From Octopus sinensis (lineage: Eukaryota), in assembly GCF_006345805.1 (NCBI RefSeq), contig NW_021827546.1, positions 1 through 27,932 of the forward strand: a stretch of 27,932 nt of DNA. The letters are read 5' to 3'. The notes below the pieces were generated by a model. It saw nothing but the letters and a program-made list of their open reading frames with translations. It did no database searches and was not told the DNA's origin. Below, piece by piece: positions 1 through 10,379 of this stretch. Numbering within the stretch: position 1 is the first letter of the stretch; every line of letters begins with the position of its first letter. A program made the translations under genes and the position numbers.

Positions 1-180
1 GGCTTTGTCTGGTACCGTTATTATGTTTGAATCGGGGATTCAACAGGGCGACTCATTGTGGCCTCTTCTGTTTTCCCTTGGAGTTAATCATATCGCTTGT
101 CATTGTCTTTTGAATTAAATCTTTGGAATCTCGACGGCATCACATTTGGCGGACATTTGGAGGTCGTCAAAAATGTCACA
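1..180 (+). pseudogene. Non-LTR retrotransposon reverse transcriptase fragment (RT domains 4-5), running off the window start
   Basis: Manual translation with one frameshift gives ...ESGIQQGDSLWPLLFSLG.../ELNLWNLDGITFGGHL. This resembles the GVQQGDPLGPLLF...WYLDDGTLGG motifs of non-LTR RTs; the YLDD motif is decayed. Confidence 0.6.
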
Positions 181-330
181 AAAATTAGTCAAATTTTTGT
201 GAACATAAAAATATTAAATTTAATATTTTTACATACATATTAGAATTTCATTAATCTAATTTAGTAATTTTTTACATATATATTTAAAATTCTTTAAAAT
301 GAATAAACTACACGTTCTACAGTTGTTAGC

Positions 331-1603
331 ATGGTGAAAATCGAAAACGCCTGTCATTTTTTCAAAAGAAGGAAATAATCGAATTTTATCATAAAAATAG
401 ACATTACACACAGCGCGATTTATCCCTTTATTTCAATGTTTCTCTGGGCTGCATAAACAAAATTTTGAAAAATTCTGAAGGAATACTAAATGTTTTAGAT
501 CAGCGGTTCTCAAATGCGGCCCCCGGGGCCGCATCTGGCCCCCAGGATTTTTTTTGCGGCCCCTCTAGAGTAACTAACTTTTTGAATTTTTTAATAATGT
601 TAAAATTTAATTTAATTAATCAATTTGAAGCACGTTTTGGGGTACATTTATATAAATTTAATTTTTAGACTTTTAAAGAATTCCTTCCTTTAACTTATTC
701 CAGATTTCAAAAACTTAATAAACAAATAGTACTTTCTTTTTAAATACAACGCCTTTTGTAGATTTTTTAGCTTTTATTTCTTTATAAAGAAAATGGAAAT
801 TAAAAAAAGAAAAAAAAGTCCAAAAACTCATTACGCATCAGCAGTGGCTGCACTTCGGATTGCAAGCGAGTTACCGGCTTGAAAAATATAAAAATATATT
901 AAAATATTTTTTGTGCGGCACGCGAAGCTAATCTTAATTATCGATTTGGCCCTTGAGCTAAAAAGGTTGAGAACCCCTGTTCTAGATGACCAAAAAAAGA
1001 AGTGGAATACAAATCAAATAAAAAAGCATGGATGACATATGGTTATTTCTCAGAATGGCTCATAGAATTGAACCAAAAAATGATTTTGCAAAAAAAAATT
1101 CTAATTCTACTTGATAATGCGACTGTACACTCACGTGATTTAGAGTTCAGTAACATCGAACTCTTTTTTTCCCTCCAAATACAACATCGAAGTCACAACC
1201 CCTTGATCAAGGAATAATAAAATCATTCAAAGACAGGTATAGACAACTCCAATGTGCACACTTGATTGAATTTTATACTAATGATGACAATGTAGATCAC
1301 GAAAAAGTTACGGAAAAGTTGAAGAAATTCACTCTATTGAATTGCTTGATATTCATAAATCAAGCTTGGTTAGAAGTGTCGGAATTAACAATTACAAATT
1401 GTTTCAAGAAAGCATTTGAAAATGCGTTAATACAGAACCTGACAGAAATAGAAGAAATAGATGATGAAAATTTTTTGATTCATGAAAATGATCAAATTGA
1501 CGACGAAAACTTTATACAAAACGTTGCGAGAAAACTAAAACAGCAAGACCAAGTTGAAGAGGAAGATGAAAAAATTTATGTTCCGACACTATATGAAACT
1601 AGT
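331..1603 (+). mobile_element. pogo/Tigger-type transposase remnant (copy A), internally deleted, interrupted by a hAT MITE, truncated at 1603
   Basis: CENP-B-like HTH start (QRDL..FNVSLGCINKILKNSEGIL) lies before 501. After 979: YKSNKKAWMT..F.EWL...N.KM....KILILLDNATVH (DDE_1 second Asp), then FINQAW.EVSELTITNCFKKA. Confidence 0.82.
501..979. mobile_element. hAT (Buster/Charlie/SPIN-like) MITE, 479 bp
   Basis: TIRs CAGCGGTTCTCAA (501) and TTGAGAACCCCTG (ends 979). 8-bp TSD ttttagat (493-500) / ttctagat (980-987), 7/8 match with central TA. GC-rich subterminal near-palindrome atgcggcccccggggccgcat. No coding capacity. Confidence 0.9.
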
Positions 1604-1795
1604 TCTTCGGTTTTTGTTGACTGCTTTTTTACAATGCCTTTAAACAGGAGTTCCAAAGTGGATCTTGCAAATGCATTTTTATCAGCAAACATTCCACTTC
1701 ATAAGTTACGAAATACATCAATTATTGATTTTTTAATAAATATGGACATTCTGTTCCTTCGGAAACCAAATGCAGAGACATTGTTACATTTCTTG
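1604..1795 (+). pseudogene. Short hAT-type transposase fragment (CGGBP1-like N-terminal region)
   Basis: VDLANAFLSANIPLHKLRNTSIIDFL, then after a frameshift KYGHSVPSETKCR. Matches the remembered DL..A...ANIPL.KL.N....FL.KY.G..PSE motif. Confidence 0.5.
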
Positions 1796-1799
1796 GTTA

Positions 1800-2370
1800 A
1801 AAAACCACTGACTGTATCATCTCCAACACTTATAGAAATTTTTAAAACCATTAGAAAATGTATTAACAGACACTTTGAAAGTAACCCCGTAAAATTGGGT
1901 GGAGAAAATGTAGTCTGCCAAATCGATGAAAGTCTCTTTTGTCATAAACAAAAGTACCATCGGGGTAGACTTGCTAATTCTCAAGTGTGGGTATTCGGTA
2001 TTGTTGATACCTCATTTTCACCGGCAAGAGGTTTTATGCGAGTGGTTCCAAATCGATCAGCGGCCACTTTAAAACCAATTATCTGTGAAGTAATTCTGCC
2101 AGGATCAATTATCCATAGTGATGAATGGAGGGTCCTGGGTTCGATTCCAAGTGTCTGCCTCTGCCACATTCCATGTAAGAAATAATACGAGAAACTGGGA
2201 TCTTATTTCTTTAAGACGTATTCTTTGGATAACTCCTTGTACGGAAAATGACTGTTTCTTGTAAAAATCAAAAAAGAATTTTTACAAGACTACCTATACG
2301 AATTTATGTGCGTGACAACGTAATTGGTGATCCTTTTGAAAAGTTAATGGAGCTTTTGAAAAATTATTAT
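1800..2370 (+). mobile_element. Merlin (eukaryotic IS1595/ISXO2-like) DDE transposase fragment
   Basis: KLGGENVVCQIDESLFCHKQKYHRGR...VWVFGIVD...VPNRSAATLKPII.EVILPGSIIHSDEWR (two catalytic Asp). Interrupted at ~2130. C-terminal KKEFLQDYLYEFM..DPFEKLMELLKNY at ~2270-2370. Confidence 0.85.
2128..2160 (+). other. tRNA 3'-half / B-box-like fragment (possible SINE head remnant)
   Basis: gagggtcctgGGTTCGATTCcaagtgtctgcc has a TTCGATT T-loop with a 4/5-bp stem. No 5' half, D-arm or anticodon arm is visible. Confidence 0.35.
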
Positions 2371-2459
2371 GTTGTTCAATAAACTTGTTTCTAAAGTATA
2401 GTATTTATTTATAAATTTGATTTTTAGTTTTACATACGAGTATTATTCTTGTTGTTACG

Positions 2460-5325
2460 TGCATGTTTGTTTCTACTGGGTCTAATGAAACATTTCCAAT
2501 GGACCTATCTACGGAAGATAATGAAAGAGAAACAATAATAACGTAGATCGTGTGGTCCGTGGGCAGCTTGGAACGCAAGAATCTGATATTCCCCCTCCAA
2601 ATTCGGTGTCGCAACCGGATTGTCCTGCTAATCTGTTAACTCTACGGGCTATCATCGATCAAGTAACGCAGGTGGACATGATCAAATGGGCGAATGAAGT
2701 GGTTAACGTTTCTCGAGCAAGATTCAAAAGAATACCACGTGGTGGATGGCCTATGATTACTCAGGCTTTTAACGAAAAGTTCCTCACGTCCAAATCTGTG
2801 GCGAATGTGAAGAGTCTGGCTAAGATGACGGGAACAAAGTCTAACTCTCAAATGGATCAAGAAAAGAATCACAAGACTGAAATCTCTAATTTTAGAGATT
2901 GCTCAATTGAATTTTCTTACCAAATAGAGCAAGTAAAATCTATCTCTCGAAAAAAACGAAAGCCGACCAAAAAAGTCCCATATCAACTACTTAAAATAGA
3001 AATATTGTCTGGAATAAATGCAGTGATTAATGATATATAAAGACCAACCCTCCTGTCAATTTGAATGATATCACCGATATCGTTTATGCTGCACAGCTGA
3101 CATACCATCTCTCACAAAATACTCTCCTAAGAATAACAACTGGAAAGGAATAATGGAAGCAAAACTAATTAAACTTAAAGAACAATACGAACAGACTAAT
3201 ACACTTATTGATCAAAAGGAAGCTTGAAGTTTGATAATGCAACGAGGGATACGCTGAGTGAATATGGATATCGAAAGGCAAAGAAAGGAGAACTTGGAAG
3301 AATTTCTGCTTGCATTGGAGACGAAATAAAGATTGTTGAGAAGAAACTTCGACTCCATGATGCAAGAAAAGAATTTCGGAACAGAATTGGTTTTTTGAAT
3401 TGAATCGGCGGTGTTTCTATCGCAGTTTAAATGATGAGAGAAAGAGTGCAGAGTTCATGTTTAATAACAGTGAATGTTTAACATATTGGGAAAAATATGG
3501 AGTAGAAATGAGAAGAGCGATAATGTGTTACACATTAACAAGAGAGTGACATGGGCAGAGGATACATTTGCAGAGTTTAGTAAGAAAGCATCCTTGAAAC
3601 AAAACAAACAACTCCCAAACTGGAGAGCTAGCGGTTGTGATGGGTGTATAATTTCTTTCTAAAAAGAATGACCTTAATCCATGATCACTTGTGTGAAGAA
3701 CTAGTCAAGATAATCCATGGTGAATACATACCGGATGAGTGGTTCTACACTGGAATCACATATCTCATCCCAAAGAAAGATATTTGTCAAGGACCCGAAG
3801 ATTTGAGACCAATTACTTGTATGTCTAACCTATATAAGCTTGCAACGAAATGTGTTAACAGGAAGTTGGGAGATTATATTGAGGCATATAATCTGATTGC
3901 CGATAATCAATTGGGACTCGGCGAATGTGTCAAGGGAAAGAAACAAGCAATTCTTAACCGGTGCATTCACAAGCAAAACGGAAATAATTTGTTTTCTACC
4001 TGGATTGACGTAAAGAAAGCGTTCGATTCGGTAGATCATGACTTTCTGTTCCAGGTGCTTGAAAACTCTGGACTCCCTAGCTGGATTGTGAATTTTGTGA
4101 AGAACCTTGTAACGAAGTGGAGAATAAAGCTAATTCTGAATCATAATGAAATCGGAGAGGTAAAATTGGAAAGAGGCATACTCCAGGGTGATTCCTTGTC
4201 ACCTCAAATCTTTGCCCTGGTGATGGATCCTCTTAGTAGAATTCTGAATGCTAAGTACCCAAAAGTGATGATTGATAACCAAGATCAGGGTTGTATTACA
4301 TATACAACAAATCACTTATTACTGTTGATGATTTAAAAATATTTTCACAAAAAGAAGATACAATGATGAATATGATGAATGAGGTAAACAATTTCTTCGA
4401 AGCTGCGGACTGGAAAAAAATGTCGAAAAGTCTGCAACTAATCTGGCAGACCTTGGGTCTGAAGCTAATTGCTTGATGGGATGGAAGGTTACAGATACCT
4501 TGGAGTGCTAGAAGATAGAGAAGAAGCGATGTATTGAAAAGCGAAGTATTGAAGGCACTCTTTGGGGAACTAAAAAGAGGATCGACAATCTTTCGAAGAC
4601 CAAACTAAACTCGTGTAGATTATTTAAAGCCATAAATGAACACGCATTATCCCTCTATAACTATTATATGGGCTTGTCGACATTGAGCCACTAGAGTTTG
4701 AACAAATTGACAAAAATGTACGCAGCATCCTTGTACATCATCGAATTCATTTGAAGCCTGCAAACAAGGAAAGGCTTTACTTTCCAAGAGATCAATTTGG
4801 AAGAGGACTTGTATCCATTACTCATAAAAGTGAACGGATACTATTTCAATTCCTTCGTGATCTTGAAAAAAAATCTCGTTACTGCATAAGAAAAGGAGGG
4901 ATTCTGCGAGTCATCAATTCAAAGAGAACACCATTTGGCCACAATTGCTGAATACCTCAAGCGCAAATACAACATCCAAGATATTGGAAGCCTTGATTTG
5001 AACATGCTGAGAGAATTGCAGAAGAACAGCTTAATTGAGCAAATAATGAAAAAACCATTACATGCAATTCTCTTTGATTGTTTGAATGATTCCAATGTCG
5101 ACGTTGCAGAATCTTCTCATTGGTTATCACATGGAAATAACTCACCAAGATCCGAGGCTTTGCTATGCTTTATACAGGACCGTAATCTATTTTTTCCAAG
5201 TTTGGGGCAATTTGCAGTCACTGTAACTCTCTCCAAAAGACTGTTGACCACTGGCAACGAGGTGTGGTCGAATGCTGAATAGTGACTACTTACGACGACA
5301 CAACGAAGTAGTGAAATGTGTACAA
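2460..5325 (+). mobile_element. R4/Dong-like RLE-type non-LTR retrotransposon, frameshifted, 3'-truncated before the endonuclease
   Basis: N-terminal Myb-like segment (GGWPMITQAFNEKF.TSKS). RT motifs YLIPKK..DLRPITCMSNLYKL, WIDVKKAFDSVDH, GILQGDSLSP, (F)VDDLK. Then KPANKERLYFPRDQFGRGL and the Zn-knuckle remnant C..C....TVDHLATRC..ML.SDYL.RHNEVVKC. Confidence 0.9.
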
Positions 5326-5809
5326 TGGCTTCATATTTTTAGCCAATAGGTAACTAATTTTGTATGATGCCAGGTTAATATTAGACGAATATGTGCCACT
5401 TTGAAAGTAAATGATCGTTTTAAATAATCTTCTTTCATTTGTTTTAGTTTTTCGTCCGAGAAACACCAGTGAATTTGTCATAAAGAATAGAGTGGAAACG
5501 GTAGTGCCGTTCGATTGTATACGTTTTTAGAGTTGCAATAATAGAATGGCATATTAGGCAAAGAGCCTTTCCATTGATCTCAATAATGAAATATTTTTCT
5601 TCCCAGATGTGTTGAAAAATCCTATTTTCCTCGGAAAGTTTTCGACAACGTTTAGAATCAGACATCACAACAACAAATAAAAAACGTGACATTTTTTATT
5701 CATAAAATTTAAAATATTAATTAAAAAATAAAACATTTATAAACCTAGGGGCCGCAAATTAAATCCTAGGGCCGCATGCGGCCCCAGGGGCCGCACTTGA
5801 GAATCACTG
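5325..5809 (-). mobile_element. hAT (GTF2IRD2/SPIN/Buster-like) element: 5' TIR plus transposase N-terminus, truncated
   Basis: Minus strand starts CAGTGATTCTCAA at 5809, flanked by atgtagat (TA at positions 4-5). Subterminal GGGCCGCA repeats. ORF MSDSKRCRKLSEENRIFQHIWEEKYFIIEINGKALCLICH...IERHY (BED-like), then LASYKISYLLAKNMKP. Confidence 0.85.
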
Positions 5810-6270
5810 ATGTAGATCACGAAAAAGTTACGGAAAAGTTGAAGAAATTCACTCTATTGAATTGCTTGATATTCATAAATCAAGCTTGGTTAGAAGTGTT
5901 GGAATTAACAATTACAAATTGTTTCAAGAAAGGATTTGAAAATGCGTTAATACAGAACCTGACAGAAATAGAAGAAATAGATTATGAAAATTTTTTGATT
6001 CATGAAAATGATCAAATTGACGACGAAAACTTTATACAAAACTTTGCGAGAAAACTAAAACAGCAAGACCAAGTTGAAGAGGAAGATGAAAAAATTTATG
6101 TTCCGACACTATATGAAGCTAGTGAATATGCGAAGGCGCTTGAAATATGGTTTCTTGAGAATGATTATGAACAAAGAGGAAAAGTATACGAAATACAAAA
6201 AATTTTAAGAAATTATCAAACTAATCATTCTCAAAAAATCACCGATTACATGATTAAAATCTCTAAATAA
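5810..6270 (+). mobile_element. pogo/Tigger transposase C-terminus (copy B); 5810-6123 directly duplicates 1290-1603
   Basis: 314-bp match with 5 substitutions and no indels (constant offset 4520). Continues to QKITDYMIKISK*, a typical Tigger C-terminus. Confidence 0.85.
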
Positions 6271-6377
6271 TCTTTGTAATTATCTTAATAATAAAATGGT
6301 ATGGTGTCGTCTGTGTGTGCACACCAATTTCAAATTGGCAAAGTACAGATAAATTGTCAAAATCTTTTCCCCTTATA

Positions 6378-8609
6378 CAGTCCGACCTCTAATTGGGGCG
6401 CACCTCCAGGGGTGGGGCACCTCTTTTTTGGGGAAAACTCTGTTTTGAGGCATTATAAATTTTTTAACCAAATTATAAAAAATCAATTAATTTTAACATC
6501 TCTATTTGGGGCATTGATTTTTTATTAAATAAAATTAATTATACCAATTTAAAAAATAAATATTTTAAGACACGTTTCATTTCAATTTCTTGTGTAATGC
6601 CTTTGAATTATGAAACCAAGTTGAAGATTGCTGATCATCTTTTAAAGAAAGAACATTCTGAGAGGAGATTATCCATAATGTACAATACTAGCAAGGGAAC
6701 TATTTTCGTATAAAAAAGAATATTCTTCCATTTATCAAAAAAGGATTTCTTTCCTCATCATTAAGTGAAAATAAAAACGGATTTGATGAAAAAGTCCTTG
6801 ATATTTTTCAGCGTCTAAGGGATCAGAATGTTCCAGTTTCTGGAACTCTTTTAAAAAAAATTTCCCTAACTGTTTCTTCGAGAATGGGCTTAAACAAGTT
6901 TAAAGCTTCAAATGGATGGTTAGAAAAATTCAAGCAGAGGCATGAATTAAAATTCCGATCATTGTCAGGCGAATCCGCATCTGCTGATCATGCGATAATT
7001 CTGAATTTTTTATCAGAATTAAATATCAAAGTTGAACAACAGTCCCGTCCAAATGTTAGAGGCACCCTATTTTTTTCCTAAAAAAGGCACTTATTTGTCA
7101 TTTTTTGAAAAAAGTTTTTTGTTAATAACAAACTATTGAATAAAAAATCTTAACCTAAAATTTTTGAGCACATTTAGTTTATAATGTGTATTTACTAAGA
7201 AACTCAAAATAATACATCGTTCATATGTTAGAGGCACATTTCAATAACGAAAGACAAAATTATCCAAAAATTTAATATTTAGTCATTCCTCCATTATTTT
7301 ATGACTACCGAAGATATTCTTCTTGGAATTGACTCAAAAAGCTTAATAACCACACCTGTATCAATGTTTTCCCAGGCCTTCTTTGTTTCATTCCATAATT
7401 TTTGAATCGTTGATGCTCCACAGTTTTTAACTTCTTTTTTTAAAATTGCCCATAGATTTTCAATTATATTTAAGTCAGGAGATTGACTTGGCCATTTTTC
7501 CATGAGTTTTATGTTGTTTTCGGCCATAAACGCTCTAGTGAATTTTGATCCCTTTTTAGGGAAAAAAATAGGGTGCCTCTAACATTTGGACGGGACTGAA
7601 TATGGAAAGGAGAACATTTTTAATTGTGACGAAACTTCTCTTTTTATCAAACTTACCCCACGTAAATCATTCGTGAAAACTGGTGATTCGGCACGGGGCT
7701 TTAAAAGGAGTAAAGATAAAGTTACTCTTCATCTATGCTGTAGTTACACTGGAGAAAAATTTGAACCATTAATAATCGGAAAATATAGAAATCCTAGATG
7801 TTTCAAAAAATTTTCTCCCGAAATTCTATACTCTAATTTTATACTCTTCGTCCAAAAATGCGTGGATGACAAGAGACATTTTTATATCCTGGCTCAAAAA
7901 AATTAATGAAAAAATGATTATTCAAAAAAGAAAAATCTTAATGTTATTAGATAACGCTGCTTGCCACAAAATATCGACATTTAGCAACGTTGATTTTTAT
8001 TTTACCAAAAAATACGACACCAATACTTCAACATTGGATGCTGGAATCATTAAAAATTTCAAGGATAATTATTTGAATTGTCTAATTGATTTTTATGTTT
8101 TCAAGACGACCAGGATTTGTTATAGTCTTTATCCAAATTAAATTTGCGGCAAGTGGTAACAATAATCTCAGATGCTTGGAATAATGTATCTGCGGATATT
8201 ATTATAACTGCTGGCAAAGGTTTTTCGACAATCTCCATCAGACTCGAGTTGCATAATGAATCATCTGAAGAAATATTTAATAATGTTATTGATGAATGTT
8301 TGATGAAATAGAAGATAATGATCCAAATATCTATGAGAATATAAGCTGCGACCATCAATATCACAAATTTTAAGTTTGATGGAAAAACTTAGAGACAAAC
8401 ATCTTTTATTTGATTCCAGATTCTCTTCATGATTTTTATGAATTCAGAAAGAAAGTGTCGTTAGGAATTAAAATAAATAGTGAAGAAAAATTAACTGATT
8501 ATTTTAAAAAATAATGTTCTTTTTTTTATATTGAGCTTTTTGAAAAACCTCTTTTTTGGGGAAACCTCTGATTTGAGGCACTTAGTACCCCATTTAGAGG
8601 TCGGAACTG
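6378..8609 (+). mobile_element. pogo/Tigger DNA transposon, both ends intact, transposase frameshifted (~6597-8514)
   Basis: TA|CAGTCCGACCTCTAA ... TTAGAGGTCGGAACTG|TA. Motifs: HTH (MPLNYETKLKI..), KASNGWLEKFKQRH, IFNCDET, KDKVTLHLC, LLDNAACH, LDAGIIKNFK; ends EKLTDYFKK*. Confidence 0.92.
7040..7598 (-). mobile_element. Internally deleted Tc1-type element nested in the Tigger transposase
   Basis: ~49-bp TIRs beginning CAGTCCCGTCCAAATGTTAGAGGCACCCTA. Inner repeat atgttagaggcac at 7225-7237 (IR/DR-like). Minus-strand ORF WPSQSPDLNIIENLWAILK...W..I...LFESIPRRI is a DD34E-type C-terminus. Confidence 0.92.
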
Positions 8610-8693
8610 TAATTAGCCAATAATGGGGAACAAGCTTAAAATCATGAACTCCTCCAAAAATCTTCCACCCAAAAATCTACATATCAAGAATAT

Positions 8694-8941
8694 CCTCGAT
8701 GATGAGTTCCTTAAAAACCCTCCCCCAAAAAAAATAAAAAAAAATTTTCTGCATTTTGGTTAAAATGAACAACTACGATGTCCTCGATTACATGATGAGA
8801 GGTCCTTAAAAACCTTCCCCCAAAAATAATTAAAAAAACATTTTCTGCATTTTGGTTAAAATGAACAACTACGATGTCCTCGACTTACATGATGAGGTCC
8901 TTAAAACCTTCCCCCCCAAAAAAAATTAAAAAAAAAATTTT
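8694..8941 (+). repeat. ~92-bp tandem repeat, about 2.6 units (Helitron-internal satellite), inverted relative to 26978-27665
   Basis: Unit: ttctgcattttggttaaaatgaacaactacgatgtcctcgacttacatgatgaggtccttaaaaccttccccc plus A-tracts. Confidence 0.92.
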
Positions 8942-9149
8942 AAATAAAATTTAAGGGCTCTTGAAGAAAAGGGGGTTAGTTTTGTTTTTTTTCTTTGTCC
9001 TAATTTTCGTACTCATTTTATTTTTTCTGTCAACATGAAAAATAGTATTGTAATAAGAATAACGTTCCTTAATTATTTATACTAATTATTTATAAGTATT
9101 AAAATTATCTTGTAATATATTTCATATAAAATAATAAACCGTGATTATC

Positions 9150-10300
9150 ATGTCTTATTTGGTGGACGATTCTGGTGTAAATACAGTAAATACTTATTAA
9201 AAATAATTCAGAATTTATTTGACAAAAACTTGAATTGAAACGAGATTTCGATTACTATAAAATAATCTGCGTATATCAATATCGAAGAATCTCCACGACG
9301 AACTCGAATTCGACTTAATCGAGTGCGATGTTTCCATTGCTAACGCTCTGCGGAGAATATGATGTCGGAAGTCCCCACAATGGCTATCGAGAAGGTTTCA
9401 TAACACAAAACACGTCCAATGCAATCCCGACCAAGTAATTGCACATCGTCGTATAGGCTTGGGCTCCCGTATTTGCGGATCCTGACTTATTCGAGTACAG
9501 CAAAGGTCTCCCCTTCCCTTTCAACAGCAGATCCCCTCGTTGCCGACGAGTACTCCACACTTGTATTCAAATATTCGAAAGTTGTCGCAGTCTGAACCCC
9601 AAATCAAATGCACATGACTTTTGGGATGATCTGTTGTGTATGAATTATTCGCGAATGTTTTAGTTAGTCTGGACTACTGAAATGGGTGCCAATTGGAAAT
9701 CAGGCGGAAAGAGTATGTTAGTGATTATTTGGGTAGTTGGCCGGACAGGAGATAAGAATGTGGGCAGCTCTGCCTATTTTCCCGTCAAACACTCGGAGAT
9801 GTGAGATTGGCTGTGTTGATTTGCAGGAATTGGATATGTTTGTCCACTGTGTGAAGGGAGTGGGGCTCACTCATGCAAAGTTCTCGCCAGTGAGTTATCT
9901 GGTGGTCGTGTCATGACTGCAGCCAACGGGTGTATTATCGGATGATGCCTCAGGTGGAACTATTGAGACCATTTCGTGGGGAAATGGCTGATCGACTGGC
10001 GGGGTTTTCCCTGCGGGGGTGATTGTGTCAGAGGAGAGGGGGAGGAGAGGGAGGGCAGCGGAGGCGTATGTTGACGCGCGAGAAGGACTGCGGGGGCTAT
10101 GAATGTTTGAGGGATGAGAGGGGTGAGGAGTGGTGTCAGGATGAGCAGACTAATTCACATTTTTTGTGTACGTTTGTGCATTATTTGGCAGTTTATGTCG
10201 AGTCGGGGGTTGTTATTCATTCACAGGAGATCTTCCGTCGGGCTTTGCGAGTGTTGTGGACAAATGTGACACGCTTTTGAATGCCTTGATGCCCTGTGAC
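9150..10300 (+). CDS. POLR1C: DNA-directed RNA polymerases I and III subunit RPAC1 (AC40); tiny introns, many apparent frameshifts
   Basis: EFDLIECDVSIANALRRI.MSEVPTMAIEKV, IAHR.GL..ADPDLFEY, ELDMFVHCVKGVGLTHAKFSP, VYVESG. Candidate GT-AG introns at 9186-9211, 9801-9826 and 9890-9922. Ends approximate; intactness uncertain. Confidence 0.88.
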
Positions 10301-10379
10301 TCTTTTTTTATTAAAATATGTTTTTTATTACTTTCGAGAGAGGGTCATTCTTCTCACTTTATTATGGTCCAATTCTAGT

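Larger units (their letters stand above)
6283..8941 (+). mobile_element. 5' portion of a Helitron (same family as 25348-27755), split by the Tigger insertion 6378-8609; 3' end not seen
   Basis: a|TCTTAATAATAAAATGGTATGG..gtctgtgtgtgcacaccaatttcaaattggcaa (6283-6345) matches the reverse complement of 27665-27755. The same ~92-bp satellite resumes at 8694. Confidence 0.75.

Noticed and set aside
1800-2130. Bacterial IS1595 insertion or contamination
   Set aside because: Merlin is the established eukaryotic branch of this family, and the fragment is embedded among eukaryotic TEs.
2128-2160. Functional tRNA gene
   Set aside because: Only a T-arm-like piece with a mismatch is present; no full cloverleaf.
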